Notes under the pieces: model-generated
Seen by the model: only the letters and a program-made list of their open reading frames with translations
Database searches by the model: none
What the model was told of the DNA's origin: nothing
Position numbers and translations under genes: made by a program
From: a virus
Length of the DNA stretch: 64,000 nucleotides
Reading direction: 5' to 3' (one strand)
IMG/VR virus record: IMGVR_UViG_3300025133_006719
Location: 1 to 64,000 of that record
Shown here: piece after piece, positions 38,802-48,037 of the stretch
How positions within the stretch are numbered: the stretch's first letter is position 1
Layout: every line of letters starts with the position of its first letter

Positions 38802-39985
38802 AAGCCTATGCATCAAATTGTTGCCTTAAAATAGATAAACCTTTTATCTACGAAAAATACTACCCACTTCCGGCTGACAAATACATCACTCTGCACCATC
38901 CGAATAAAACAGACTCAAGGAAATATGACCATTGGGACTCTGTCGTTAGGCTGTTGAAGCCGGTTCTAGATAAAGAGGGTATTAAGATCGTACAGGTGGG
39001 GACTGGGTCAGAAGTGATAGTAAAGAATTGCCATAACTTGCTTGGTCGCACTTCCGTTAATCAGTTGGCCTACGTTATAAGGCGTTCAATGTTGCACCTT
39101 GGAGTTGACAGTCTTCCGATTCACTTAGCCTCTGGATATGGGAAAAAAATAGTAGCACTCTATTCTAATAAATATGCCTGTCACTCTGGCCCCTACTGGT
39201 CAAAAGAAGAGGATGTGATATTGTTAGAGTCTGACAAAGACGGAGACAAACCAACTTACGCACATAATGAAGAACCGAAGACCATAAATACAATAGCTCC
39301 CGAGGATATCACTAAGTCTGTTTGTAAGCTTTTAGGTCTAGATTTCGACTACGAATACGAAACGTTATACACTGGTAAATTCTTCCATATTGGTTTAGTC
39401 GAGTCAGTCCCAGATGAGGTTGTTAAAATATCAAACATGGATGGCCAGACAAGTTACATAAGAGCAGATATAAAAAACACAAACACCACACCCGAAAAAA
39501 TAGACGCACAACTTTCAATCGATGGCAAGTATTCTTTAATGATTGATAAACCTATCGACATAAACATACTAACCAAAAACAAAAAAAGGATTGATACAAT
39601 AATCTACATAATAGACGAGAGATCAAGGGCGTCCTTCTATGACGAAGTTATTTCCGAAGGCTTAAAATGCACACTTGCAACATTCGCCAGCGATGAAGAG
39701 TTCGAGAAAATTAAATTTAAGTTTTTAGACTACCCTAAGGTTACAAGAGTTAAGATAGATAGGGCAGATGAAGTTAAACAGCTAGAAGGAGAAAGTATTA
39801 AAAAGCTTTTTTATCAAACCAATAAGTATACTATTCACAAGTCCAAGTTCTACGCGAGCCAAGCGGCTTTAGAAAACGGAGAGCCAGCATCAAGGATGGA
39901 TCCTTCTGACGTTTATCAAATACCAGATAACCCCAACTTCTTCAAAGACTTGGATCATATTAGGATACTCAAAAAAACTCCTTGA
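38789..39985 (+). CDS. GT9 (heptosyltransferase-like) domain protein
   Basis: K.YDHW, VQVG, L.G.TS..QLA..I.....LGVDS.P.HLA...GK. Confidence 0.75.
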   Translation: MHILEAYASNCCLKIDKPFIYEKYYPLPADKYITLHHPNKTDSRKYDHWDSVVRLLKPVLDKEGIKIVQVGTGSEVIVKNCHNLLGRTSVNQLAYVIRRSMLHLGVDSLPIHLASGYGKKIVALYSNKYACHSGPYWSKEEDVILLESDKDGDKPTYAHNEEPKTINTIAPEDITKSVCKLLGLDFDYEYETLYTGKFFHIGLVESVPDEVVKISNMDGQTSYIRADIKNTNTTPEKIDAQLSIDGKYSLMIDKPIDINILTKNKKRIDTIIYIIDERSRASFYDEVISEGLKCTLATFASDEEFEKIKFKFLDYPKVTRVKIDRADEVKQLEGESIKKLFYQTNKYTIHKSKFYASQAALENGEPASRMDPSDVYQIPDNPNFFKDLDHIRILKKTP

Positions 39986-40010
39986 CTTTGTCGCCCCGAC
40001 GAGATAGACT
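39982..40010 (+). promoter_or_regulatory. TTGAC-N7-CCCC promoter
   Basis: TTGACT-17nt-TAGACT; ATG at 40018. Confidence 0.75.
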
Positions 40011-40017
40011 AAAAAAC

Positions 40018-40746
40018 ATGACAGCGGCGAAGAAGAAACTAACGGCACGAACCGTAAAGAGGGATGACGACGGCTTGATCGAAGGTCTCGACTACACATT
40101 CGAAGATAACGGCTTAATAGATTGGAGAAGGATGGTGAGATCAGAATTTTTGGTCCCCAACAAAGATAGAACTAAAGAGGCGGATATATCCAAGCTCCAA
40201 GACAGGGATTTGATTATTCTTTTAGGAGGCTTGAAAGATCTGTCGCAAAAACGCGGCTATACTAAAGTAGACTATAAAATATACGAGGCCAGAGAAGATT
40301 ACGTTTGCGCTTCATGCAGGATAGAGTGGATTCCCAATTTTGAGACTGAGGGTAGAGCGGTGTCTTTTGAATCTTTAGCTAGTACGACGCTCCACAACAC
40401 GAAGGATTTTGGACAGCTTTATCTGGCAGAAATGGCGGAGAACAGAGCTTTTTGCAGAAGCGTTAGGAATTTCCTAAGAATCAATATTGTTTCTGCTGAT
40501 GAGATGTCAAAGAACTCCACGATGAACCCGTTTACGCCAAACGGGGATTCCGATTCATCTAATTCCTCTAATGACCCTGCTCAAATACTTGCGGCAGCTA
40601 TGAAATCTAAAGGCGTTACATTCGACAACTTAAAGAAAAGGTTAGTAGCAGAAGGCTATACCGATGCAGAAGAACTAAACAGTGTAAACGACATTAGTAA
40701 AACAAAAATATTTGAGCTAATCTCAAGAATTAAAAACAAGAAATGA
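40018..40746 (+). CDS. Putative Rad52/Sak-like single-strand annealing protein
   Basis: MAENRAFCRSVR..L.I motif after beta-strands. Confidence 0.4.
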   Translation: MTAAKKKLTARTVKRDDDGLIEGLDYTFEDNGLIDWRRMVRSEFLVPNKDRTKEADISKLQDRDLIILLGGLKDLSQKRGYTKVDYKIYEAREDYVCASCRIEWIPNFETEGRAVSFESLASTTLHNTKDFGQLYLAEMAENRAFCRSVRNFLRINIVSADEMSKNSTMNPFTPNGDSDSSNSSNDPAQILAAAMKSKGVTFDNLKKRLVAEGYTDAEELNSVNDISKTKIFELISRIKNKK

Positions 40747-41312
40747 GACAAGTAAACAATTTTTTTGCAGACCCAGACGAGGTAAGAGCAGGAGCAATGA
40801 AGCTCCAAGTTTGGCCTTGTAAGGAGCATCCTACGAATGGGAATTGGCCCGGACTAAGAACTGAATACATATCAGCAGTAAATGAGAAAGCTTTCGAAAT
40901 TTTCTGGAAGTCTTTTTATAAAGTAATGGGATGGCCAGACGGTAAAGATGTCTATTTTGAAACTTTTTACCAATTTTGCAGGGCGAAAGACGGGGATAGT
41001 TGGGTTCACCAAGACGTCATGACCCAAGGCTTTACTCGAGTTGGTGTAGTTTACCTATCCCCAAATCCCCCCGCCAATAGCGGCACAACCATTTACCAAC
41101 CCAAAGAAGGCGAAACCATTGAATCATTGAAAGATGACGAAGGTGATGTCGCAGGCGATGTTTCCCGCTATGACGTAAAGCAAGAATTCGAAAATATCTA
41201 CAACAGCGCGGTATTTTACAAACCTACTGACTTACATAAGTCAACAGGTTATTTTGGCTCCACAAAGGATGATGCCAGATTGACACAGGTATTTTTTGTA
41301 AGAGAGAATTAA
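40743..41312 (+). CDS. 2OG-Fe(II) oxygenase (DUF6445-like)
   Basis: NFF.DPD.VR, WPG.R, WVHQD, VYLSP.P...GT, H....FG....RL.QVFF. Confidence 0.82.
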   Translation: MRQVNNFFADPDEVRAGAMKLQVWPCKEHPTNGNWPGLRTEYISAVNEKAFEIFWKSFYKVMGWPDGKDVYFETFYQFCRAKDGDSWVHQDVMTQGFTRVGVVYLSPNPPANSGTTIYQPKEGETIESLKDDEGDVAGDVSRYDVKQEFENIYNSAVFYKPTDLHKSTGYFGSTKDDARLTQVFFVREN

Positions 41313-41332
41313 TGTCACACTAAGTGTCACAC
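41313..41332 (+). repeat. Direct repeat TGTCACAC-N4-TGTCACAC (candidate regulator site)
   Basis: Two perfect 8-mers ~50-70 nt upstream of the sigma54 site. Confidence 0.6.
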
Positions 41333-41380
41333 CTTTTTAAAAAAATGCGAAAAACCCCTTTAAAAACGAGAAAATTAAAC

Positions 41381-41397
41381 TTGGCACGTTGTTTGCT
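41381..41397 (+). promoter_or_regulatory. Sigma54 (-24/-12) promoter
   Basis: TTGGCACG-TTGT-TTGCT, consensus match, 14 nt before hsp20 ATG. Confidence 0.8.
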
Positions 41398-41411
41398 ATA
41401 ATAACACCTGT

Positions 41412-41822
41412 ATGACAAAATACGAAAAAGAGTATTATGGAGTAGATGGTTCTATTCAGGACCTCACAAGCGAAGCGGTTAGATTATTCCCATCTTGGGC
41501 AGCTTTATTCGACACCGAGCCAAGAAGAGTAAACTGTTTCTCGGATGACGAGGAAGAGTATAGCCTAGAGTTGGAGTTAGCCGGTTTTGATAAAAAAGAT
41601 ATTACTATGGAAGTGCAGCCCTCAAAGCACCTATCTGGTAAATATCTAATCATTAAAGGATTCAAGGAGGTAAGAGGCAGCAAAAAGAACGTATCAGAAA
41701 GGTTTTTGATGCCAGAAAATTCTGACCCCTCTAAGATTTCTGCAGAACTTAAAAACGGGCTTCTTTCAGTTAAGGTGGAGAAGCTTGAGGATTCAAAGCC
41801 TTTGCAGGTCAAAATAAATTGA
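41412..41822 (+). CDS. Small heat-shock protein Hsp20
   Basis: LELAGF.K.DI, F..P...D...ISAEL.NGLL.V. Confidence 0.9.
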   Translation: MTKYEKEYYGVDGSIQDLTSEAVRLFPSWAALFDTEPRRVNCFSDDEEEYSLELELAGFDKKDITMEVQPSKHLSGKYLIIKGFKEVRGSKKNVSERFLMPENSDPSKISAELKNGLLSVKVEKLEDSKPLQVKIN

Positions 41823-41846
41823 TAAACTAAAACAATATTACCGCAT

Positions 41847-41881
41847 TAGCATGGAGTCATAAAGCTCCATGCTATTTTTTT
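41847..41881 (+). terminator. Rho-independent terminator
   Basis: TAGCATGGAG-8nt-CTCCATGCTA then T7. Confidence 0.85.
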
Positions 41882-41953
41882 CGGTACATAATACTAAATT
41901 AACTGTAGAATAGATATAGCAATGAACACCAATTAAGACTTGGATTTTAACAA

Positions 41954-43894
41954 ATGAAAAAAAAAGACACCGACACCATACTAACTAACGACTTCTTATC
42001 AAAATATAAAAACAAACAACCGAAATGGGGCTTTAATGGCCTAGGTTATATTGTTTATAAGAGAACATATTCTAGGCCCAAGGAAGATGGAAGCCTTGAA
42101 GAGTGGTCGGAAACCGTAGCTAGATGTATTAAAGGTGCTCAGGAAATAGGAGCAGAATACACAAGGAAAGAGGCTGAAAAACTTTTTGATTTAGTCTTTA
42201 ATCTTAAATGTAATTTTGCTGGGCGTGGGCTCTGGCAGTTAGGGACTTCTACCGTTGATAGATTCGGGGGTAACAGTCTTCTTAACTGTTGGTTCACGGC
42301 CATTAAAAAGCCAGAGGACTTTTGTTTTATATTTGAGAATTTAATGCTGGGCGGCGGAGTTGGTTATTCGATAAGGCGAGAAGATATCCACGAACTTCCA
42401 AGGGTTAAAAGGAATGTCGAAATTTCTGTCAAAAACACAAACGATGCAGACTTTATAGTTCCCGACAGCAGAGAAGGATGGGTTAGGTTATTAAGTAAGG
42501 TCTTAGACGCTCTTTTTGTAACCGGAAAATCCTTCAACTATTCAACCGTTCTCGTTAGAGGCGCAGGGAAACCTATTGGAGGATTTGGAGGAACAGCAAG
42601 TGGGCCGGAAATCTTAGTAGACGGAATAGGGAAAATCATAGGAGTCATTAAGGAACGCGAAGGCAAAAAGCTTCGGAGCATTGACGTTTTAGATGTTGCT
42701 AATATCATTGGCTCTGTTGTCGTCGCTGGGAACGTCAGACGATCTGCAGAAATCGCCCTAGGCGATCCAGACGACTATCTATATATAAAAGCTAAAAGAT
42801 GGGACTTGGGCAATATTCCAAACTGGAGAGCTATGAGCAATAATACCATTTATTGCGACAGCTACGATCATATAGCAGAAGGGGTTTGGGACGGTTACGC
42901 TGGCAATGGAGAGCCTTATGGTTTTTTTAACGTCGCTTTAAGTTCTAAATTTGGAAGGACTGGAGAGAAGGCGAAAGAAAACTGTGAAGGAACAAACCCT
43001 TGCGGGGAAATCTCCTTAGCAGATAAGGAATGTTGCAATCTTGCGGAGCTATACTTAAATAACATAGAATCGAAACAGGAATTGATAGAGTGTTCAAAAC
43101 TTCTCTATAAAACCCAAAAAGCCATATGCGCTTTGCCCTTTATCCATGACGATACAAATAAGATAGTTCATAAAAATTTTAGAATAGGGCAAGGCGTTAC
43201 GGGAATCTGCCAGAGCTTACACGATAAGAAGCTAGAGTGGCTGGGGGATTGCTATGAGGCACTGAAAGCCTACGACAAGGAGTGGAGCAAAAAGCGAGGA
43301 TGGCCGGAAAGCATAAAGCTCACAACAGTTAAGCCTAGTGGCACACTGAGCCTGTTGGCGGGAGCAACACCGGGGGTACATCCATCTTATTCTCAATATT
43401 ATATCCGTCGTGTCAGGATGTCTAGCCAAGATGCCTTAGTCGAGACCTGCAAGGAAATGGGGTACCATATCGAGTTCGTTAAAAACTTTGACGGCTCCCT
43501 TAACCGAGACACTGTGATAGTCGAGTTCCCCTGCGAGTCCGGAAAAGAAGCTGTACTTACAAAAGATATGAAAGCTGTCGATCAATTAGACTTAGTTAAA
43601 AGAATCCAGAAAGAATGGTCTGACAACGCTGTCTCTTGCACTGTCTATTACAAGAAAGAAGAACTACAAGAAATAAAAGATTGGTTGAGAAAGAATTACA
43701 AAAATAATATTAAAAGCGTCTCCTTTTTACTTCACCAAGAGCATGGCTTTGATCAGGCTCCTTACGAAGAAATAGACGAAAAGCGATACAATTCACTTAG
43801 GCTCGGCATCAAGAAGGTATCTGCTGTTAAAGTTGGCAACGGTCACGTTTTAGACGGCCTAGAATGCGATGGCGGAGCTTGCCCCATAAGATAA
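41954..43894 (+). CDS. nrdJ: Class II (B12-dependent) ribonucleotide reductase, RTPR type
   Basis: YKRTYSR, NC, GGGVG, VRRSA, TNPCGEI, TTVKPSGT, C-terminal CDGGACPIR. Confidence 0.93.
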   Translation: MKKKDTDTILTNDFLSKYKNKQPKWGFNGLGYIVYKRTYSRPKEDGSLEEWSETVARCIKGAQEIGAEYTRKEAEKLFDLVFNLKCNFAGRGLWQLGTSTVDRFGGNSLLNCWFTAIKKPEDFCFIFENLMLGGGVGYSIRREDIHELPRVKRNVEISVKNTNDADFIVPDSREGWVRLLSKVLDALFVTGKSFNYSTVLVRGAGKPIGGFGGTASGPEILVDGIGKIIGVIKEREGKKLRSIDVLDVANIIGSVVVAGNVRRSAEIALGDPDDYLYIKAKRWDLGNIPNWRAMSNNTIYCDSYDHIAEGVWDGYAGNGEPYGFFNVALSSKFGRTGEKAKENCEGTNPCGEISLADKECCNLAELYLNNIESKQELIECSKLLYKTQKAICALPFIHDDTNKIVHKNFRIGQGVTGICQSLHDKKLEWLGDCYEALKAYDKEWSKKRGWPESIKLTTVKPSGTLSLLAGATPGVHPSYSQYYIRRVRMSSQDALVETCKEMGYHIEFVKNFDGSLNRDTVIVEFPCESGKEAVLTKDMKAVDQLDLVKRIQKEWSDNAVSCTVYYKKEELQEIKDWLRKNYKNNIKSVSFLLHQEHGFDQAPYEEIDEKRYNSLRLGIKKVSAVKVGNGHVLDGLECDGGACPIR

Positions 43895-44340
43895 TGGAAT
43901 ACAAAGGACTAAAAGCAATGAAAATAAACGCACTAAAACTTCACCCTGACGCAATACTTCCAACTCAAGGAGCGCCGTTTGATGCTGGGTATGATCTAAC
44001 CAGCGTAGAACAGAAGGAAATTCCACCTATGGGAAGAACTGTTGTTCCTACTGGGATATCAATGGAGATTCCAGAAGGGTTCTACGGAAGAGTTGCTCCC
44101 AGAAGTGGACTTGCCGTTAAGAAAGGGATAGACGTTTTGGCAGGTGTAATAGATTCTGGTTACAGGAATGAAATCGGAGTGGTTTTGATTAATTTAGGAG
44201 ACTCATCCGTCACACTTCCCGCAGGAACAAGGATTGCTCAAATTATAATAGAGAAATGTCACGAGGTAGAATGGAACGACGTAGAAGAGCTGGCTGCATC
44301 CAATAGGGGACAAGGGGGCTTTGGAAGTACTGGCGTATGA
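43894..44340 (+). CDS. dut: dUTPase
   Basis: AGYDL, PRSGLA, GVIDSGYR, RIAQ, RG.GGFGSTG. Confidence 0.96.
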   Translation: MEYKGLKAMKINALKLHPDAILPTQGAPFDAGYDLTSVEQKEIPPMGRTVVPTGISMEIPEGFYGRVAPRSGLAVKKGIDVLAGVIDSGYRNEIGVVLINLGDSSVTLPAGTRIAQIIIEKCHEVEWNDVEELAASNRGQGGFGSTGV

Positions 44341-44361
44341 AGCTGTATTAATATGTGAAGC

Positions 44362-44619
44362 TTGTCAGCAGTCCATTCGTCAAACATTAAACCTATGAAG
44401 AATAAGGTAATTATAAGCTGGAATAGCAAGAACGGTGTGGTAATGGGTGTTAAACTTGAAGAAGGCGTGGATATTCAAGCTATTGAAGATGAGCTGAATA
44501 GCGAAAACCCCAAAGACCCAACTAAACTTTTGTCTAAATATATGTCACAGGAAGATTTAGACTTCTTTAACCCCGTGGACGTAGAGACATCTGGATACAG
44601 AATTAAAAGGTTAGACTGA
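44362..44619 (+). CDS. Hypothetical protein
   Basis: ORF. Confidence 0.55.
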   Translation: MSAVHSSNIKPMKNKVIISWNSKNGVVMGVKLEEGVDIQAIEDELNSENPKDPTKLLSKYMSQEDLDFFNPVDVETSGYRIKRLD

Positions 44620-44621
44620 TA

Positions 44622-45218
44622 ATGGGAATGTTTGACGACATAATCGTACCGAAGTCCTACCTTAGAGGTATCCTAACGAAACAGCAGGAGAAGTTAATCA
44701 AGAATGACAACTACCAAACCAAGTGTTTAGAGAACTCTCTTTGCATTTACAAAGTTTACAGACATAAGCTTTATAAGAGCGACAAGCACCTTCCTCATAT
44801 CGAGGGGAAAAAGAAGTGGGTTTTTACCCCTCATACTGGCGCGGTTAGTTTTTATGAAAACTTCGAAAACGACAAAGGAGATTCTTACTGGGTTGAATTT
44901 ATCTTTACTTTTGTTGAAGGGGTTGTAGACACAAAACTTTTAGTTAGGTTTGAGGTTTCCAGAACTGCCGAAGAAAAAGAAGAAGCGGATAAAGAATGGA
45001 AAGCTAAAAAGAAGACGAGAGACGCCTTCCGTAAAACACTAAAGTACAAAATATTTAATTTTCTGCAAGGCGTTCTTTTTTATTTGGGTACTTGGGCGAT
45101 GAAACAGACAGTAACCCCAACAAATCAAGAAACTGAGCCGGTAAAGAGACACTTAAAAAAGCATGAGAAAGCTCGGAAAACCGCCCAAAAAAAGAAGCTT
45201 CCCAAGTCAAAAGTATAA
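44622..45218 (+). CDS. Hypothetical phage protein (MGMFD start)
   Basis: MGMFD...YQTK.L motif. Confidence 0.6.
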   Translation: MGMFDDIIVPKSYLRGILTKQQEKLIKNDNYQTKCLENSLCIYKVYRHKLYKSDKHLPHIEGKKKWVFTPHTGAVSFYENFENDKGDSYWVEFIFTFVEGVVDTKLLVRFEVSRTAEEKEEADKEWKAKKKTRDAFRKTLKYKIFNFLQGVLFYLGTWAMKQTVTPTNQETEPVKRHLKKHEKARKTAQKKKLPKSKV

Positions 45219-45417
45219 AGAGCTGTACCGAGAATGCCCTCCTATTCCGGGTCCCACCTGCCCTCACATAGACAAAGCGCAGCAGTATCTAGAGGAATTA
45301 AGAGATCAAAATGAAGCCCTGAGAGACGTTGGCAAGTATTGGCGTGAGATAAGCATGGACTTACTTCAAGAGACTTGTGATCTTAATAGATACATAGCTA
45401 CGCTAGAAAAAGAGTAA
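45163..45417 (+). CDS. Hypothetical protein
   Basis: TCP.ID....LEELR..N..LR motif. Confidence 0.55.
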   Translation: MRKLGKPPKKRSFPSQKYKELYRECPPIPGPTCPHIDKAQQYLEELRDQNEALRDVGKYWREISMDLLQETCDLNRYIATLEKE

Positions 45418-45432
45418 GTGTAATGTTATAGT

Positions 45433-46122
45433 ATGAAAAAGTTAATATTGATACTCTTTACCGTCAGTCTTCACGCTGGGGAGACGAACACATATAACAA
45501 CATAGTGACAAGGAATGCCTTTAACTTAACAAGTAAAGCGCCCACTCCACTTTTGCCACCAGTTAGTGAAATTTTAGCTCCAAGTGTTTTTATGACCGGT
45601 ATTACTAGGTGGAACGGAACCAATAAGGTCCATCTTGTTCTTAGAGGAGTTGGGCAGTCGGACAAATTTGTTTCGCTTGGAGCAAACGAAAGGCAATATA
45701 ATATTGAGGTTAAAAACATACTCAAAGATTCAGCTCTTATTTCATCCAACGGTAACCTCCAGCTACTAAACTTTAAAGCCAACAGACTTCCAAGTATTAT
45801 AACAAAAGCGCCGACAACTAAGAAAACTTCCCTCTCTAGTCGTTATTCACGAGACAGAAAAGAAGAGAGCAAAAGCAACAAAGACAACAAGAATCCCACC
45901 CCTCCTTCCGCTAACGTTGTTAAAGTTCCTTCCCGTAGGCCCGTAGTTGATCCTCGCGTTATAGAAAAAAGCTTAGAGTATTTAGCTAAAACAGAGAATG
46001 ACGACAAGAGAGAGTATGTCTTACAAAGGCTAGAAAGACTTCAAAACGGTCAAGAGAACATAGACAGGAAGATTGACCATAATGAAATGCGTAGGCAGTA
46101 CGACAAACGGAAGGAAAACTAG
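45433..46122 (+). CDS. Exported hypothetical protein (Y..IV.RN.F.L motif)
   Basis: Signal peptide; GTGTAAT at 45418. Confidence 0.6.
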   Translation: MKKLILILFTVSLHAGETNTYNNIVTRNAFNLTSKAPTPLLPPVSEILAPSVFMTGITRWNGTNKVHLVLRGVGQSDKFVSLGANERQYNIEVKNILKDSALISSNGNLQLLNFKANRLPSIITKAPTTKKTSLSSRYSRDRKEESKSNKDNKNPTPPSANVVKVPSRRPVVDPRVIEKSLEYLAKTENDDKREYVLQRLERLQNGQENIDRKIDHNEMRRQYDKRKEN

Positions 46123-46166
46123 TGTCCGAATGCTTGGACTGCAAAAAGTCATTTGACGAAATTAGC

Positions 46167-46195
46167 TTGACTTGGGTGCCCCAACGTGGTAAATT
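46167..46195 (+). promoter_or_regulatory. TTGAC-N7-CCCC promoter
   Basis: TTGACT-17nt-TAAATT with extended TG. Confidence 0.7.
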
Positions 46196-46581
46196 GGTTC
46201 TTCTATGTGATGAATGCAATGATAACCGCGAAAGAGAACGTAAAGATAGTCCAAAAGAGCTGGGGACGAGAAATATGGATGGCCAACAATGAGAAGGAGA
46301 ACTATTGCGGAAAGATCCTAGAGATATTTCCCGGAAATTCTACTTCCTTACATTTTCACTCTTTAAAGCATGAGACTTTTTATGTCTTAGAGGGTCGCTT
46401 ACAAGTAAATACGGTAGACACACAAACAACCGAAGTTACTGAGAATTATATAGAAGAAGGAGAATCGTTTTCCTTAAATAGGCTTATCCCCCATAAGCTG
46501 ATAGCTGGAGATAACCTTGTTAAGTTCGTGGAGATAAGCACCCACCACAAAGATGAGGATAGCTATAGAGTAATCCGCTAA
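46186..46581 (+). CDS. Cupin (sugar isomerase-like); true start probably ~46219
   Basis: K.WG.E.W, YCGK.L, SLHFH..K.ETFYV..G, H, E.ST.H..EDSYR. Confidence 0.82.
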   Translation: MVNWFFYVMNAMITAKENVKIVQKSWGREIWMANNEKENYCGKILEIFPGNSTSLHFHSLKHETFYVLEGRLQVNTVDTQTTEVTENYIEEGESFSLNRLIPHKLIAGDNLVKFVEISTHHKDEDSYRVIR

Positions 46582-46585
46582 TAAA

Positions 46586-47185
46586 ATGAATATAACGAAG
46601 TCTATCAGGCTTAACAACAGTCAGCTAAAAGATTTAGCCCAAGTAGGTAAAAGCAGGCATGAAGCTAAAGATATATCATTTAGAAACGCAAGCAAACACG
46701 GAAGCTTCAAAAAATATAAGACTAACAAAGTAGTCAACTTGTACAACTTAGAGGTAACTGAAAGACACATCCCCCATATAGCTGGCGTTATTGGAGAGTA
46801 TGCTTACGGAAAGTTTATAGGCGAAGATATAGATAGGAAGATATACTCCGTAAGAGATGATGGCGTAGATTTCAAGAACGGAGCAGAAGTTAAGACTTCA
46901 ACATTTTACGGCGGCTCATGGGGAGAGACAGAGCTTAAAATACCCAAAAGGGAGTATCTAGAAAGGAGCCCAAAATTATACATTTTAGCGAGACTAAGCT
47001 CGGAGATTTTAGTAAAGTCTCCCCCTTTCTTAATGGTGGAAATATTAGGTCAAATATCAAGTGGCAAATTTGAGTCTATTAAAGAGGTGAAGCAATACAT
47101 AGGAGGTGGCCCCGTCAATTACGTAGTTGGAGCGAGTCGCCTTGACCCGGTTTCCCCAATAGAAGAACATTGGTATTTTAAGTGA
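46586..47185 (+). CDS. Hypothetical protein (possible nuclease fold)
   Basis: G..GE.A, D.G.DF, EVKT. Confidence 0.55.
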   Translation: MNITKSIRLNNSQLKDLAQVGKSRHEAKDISFRNASKHGSFKKYKTNKVVNLYNLEVTERHIPHIAGVIGEYAYGKFIGEDIDRKIYSVRDDGVDFKNGAEVKTSTFYGGSWGETELKIPKREYLERSPKLYILARLSSEILVKSPPFLMVEILGQISSGKFESIKEVKQYIGGGPVNYVVGASRLDPVSPIEEHWYFK

Positions 47186-47661
47186 TGAAATTAGCAATAG
47201 TTAGTGGTGGATTTGATCCCGTCCATGTCGGGCATTTAGAATGTTTCGAAAAGGCTAAAAGCATGGCCGATCATTTGTTTGTGATAGTCAATGATGATAA
47301 GTTCCTAGAACGTAAAAAAGGTAAGGCGTTCATGAATTGGCGGGAGAGATTAACAATAACACAAGCTTTTAAGCCGGTTACAATGGCTCTTCTATCTATC
47401 GACGATGACGATACCGTTTGTAAGACCTTGGAGTGGATCAACAGCGTTTTCAAAGATAGATACGACAAGATAGCGTTCTGCAACGGAGGGGATAGAACTA
47501 TCGACGCCGAAAAGCCAGAGCATAAACTCTGTCTAGATTTAGGGATTAAGCCTATCTACGGCTTAGGAGATAAAATACAAAGCAGCAGTTGGTTAACCTC
47601 GGGGAGCGAACAAGCTCCAGCCCAAGAACGCCAGTCTAATGCGGGGAGCCTATTCTTTTAA
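47182..47661 (+). CDS. Cytidylyl/adenylyltransferase (HldE/TagD-like)
   Basis: SGGFDPVHVGH, VN.D..L.RKKG, GGDR, SSS. Confidence 0.88.
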   Translation: MMKLAIVSGGFDPVHVGHLECFEKAKSMADHLFVIVNDDKFLERKKGKAFMNWRERLTITQAFKPVTMALLSIDDDDTVCKTLEWINSVFKDRYDKIAFCNGGDRTIDAEKPEHKLCLDLGIKPIYGLGDKIQSSSWLTSGSEQAPAQERQSNAGSLFF

Positions 47662-47712
47662 AACAAATTTTATAGGATCGTATTCTATAATTAGTAAAAC
47701 AAAATAAACATT

Positions 47713-47943
47713 ATGAGTGACTTCTTAAGTTATAAATATATGATAACTCCGGGAATCTTAAAGATTCTGAGTTATATCGCTATGGTCGGTTGTGTTATCG
47801 CTGGCATATTTACGGCATTCGTCGAGCCAGTTAGCGGCATCGGTATGATTGTTCTTGGGCCAATATTGGCGCGTATATATACCGAGTTGATGCTGGTTAT
47901 GTTCGAGATACACAATGAGCTTAAAAAACTGAACGACAAGTAA
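47713..47943 (+). CDS. Small membrane protein (DUF4282-like)
   Basis: F....MITP.ILK..Y, RI..EL..V.F.I. Confidence 0.7.
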   Translation: MSDFLSYKYMITPGILKILSYIAMVGCVIAGIFTAFVEPVSGIGMIVLGPILARIYTELMLVMFEIHNELKKLNDK

Positions 47944-47951
47944 AGTGCTCT

Positions 47952-48028
47952 GCCCCGATAGCTCAATTGGACAGAGCATCTGCCTTCTAAGCAGAGGGTT
48001 TCTGGTTCGAGTCCAGATCGGGGTACCA
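47952..48028 (+). tRNA. tRNA-Arg (anticodon UCU)
   Basis: GCCCCGA acceptor stem, D-arm, TCTGC-CT-TCT-AA-GCAGA, GGTTCGAGTCC, encoded CCA. Confidence 0.96.
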
Positions 48029-48037
48029 TGTATATAA

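Noticed and set aside
26534-43894. Inteins or introns in DnaB, DnaE, NrdJ
   Set aside because: Lengths and motif spacing look normal; no intein termini or LAGLIDADG/HNH motifs noticed
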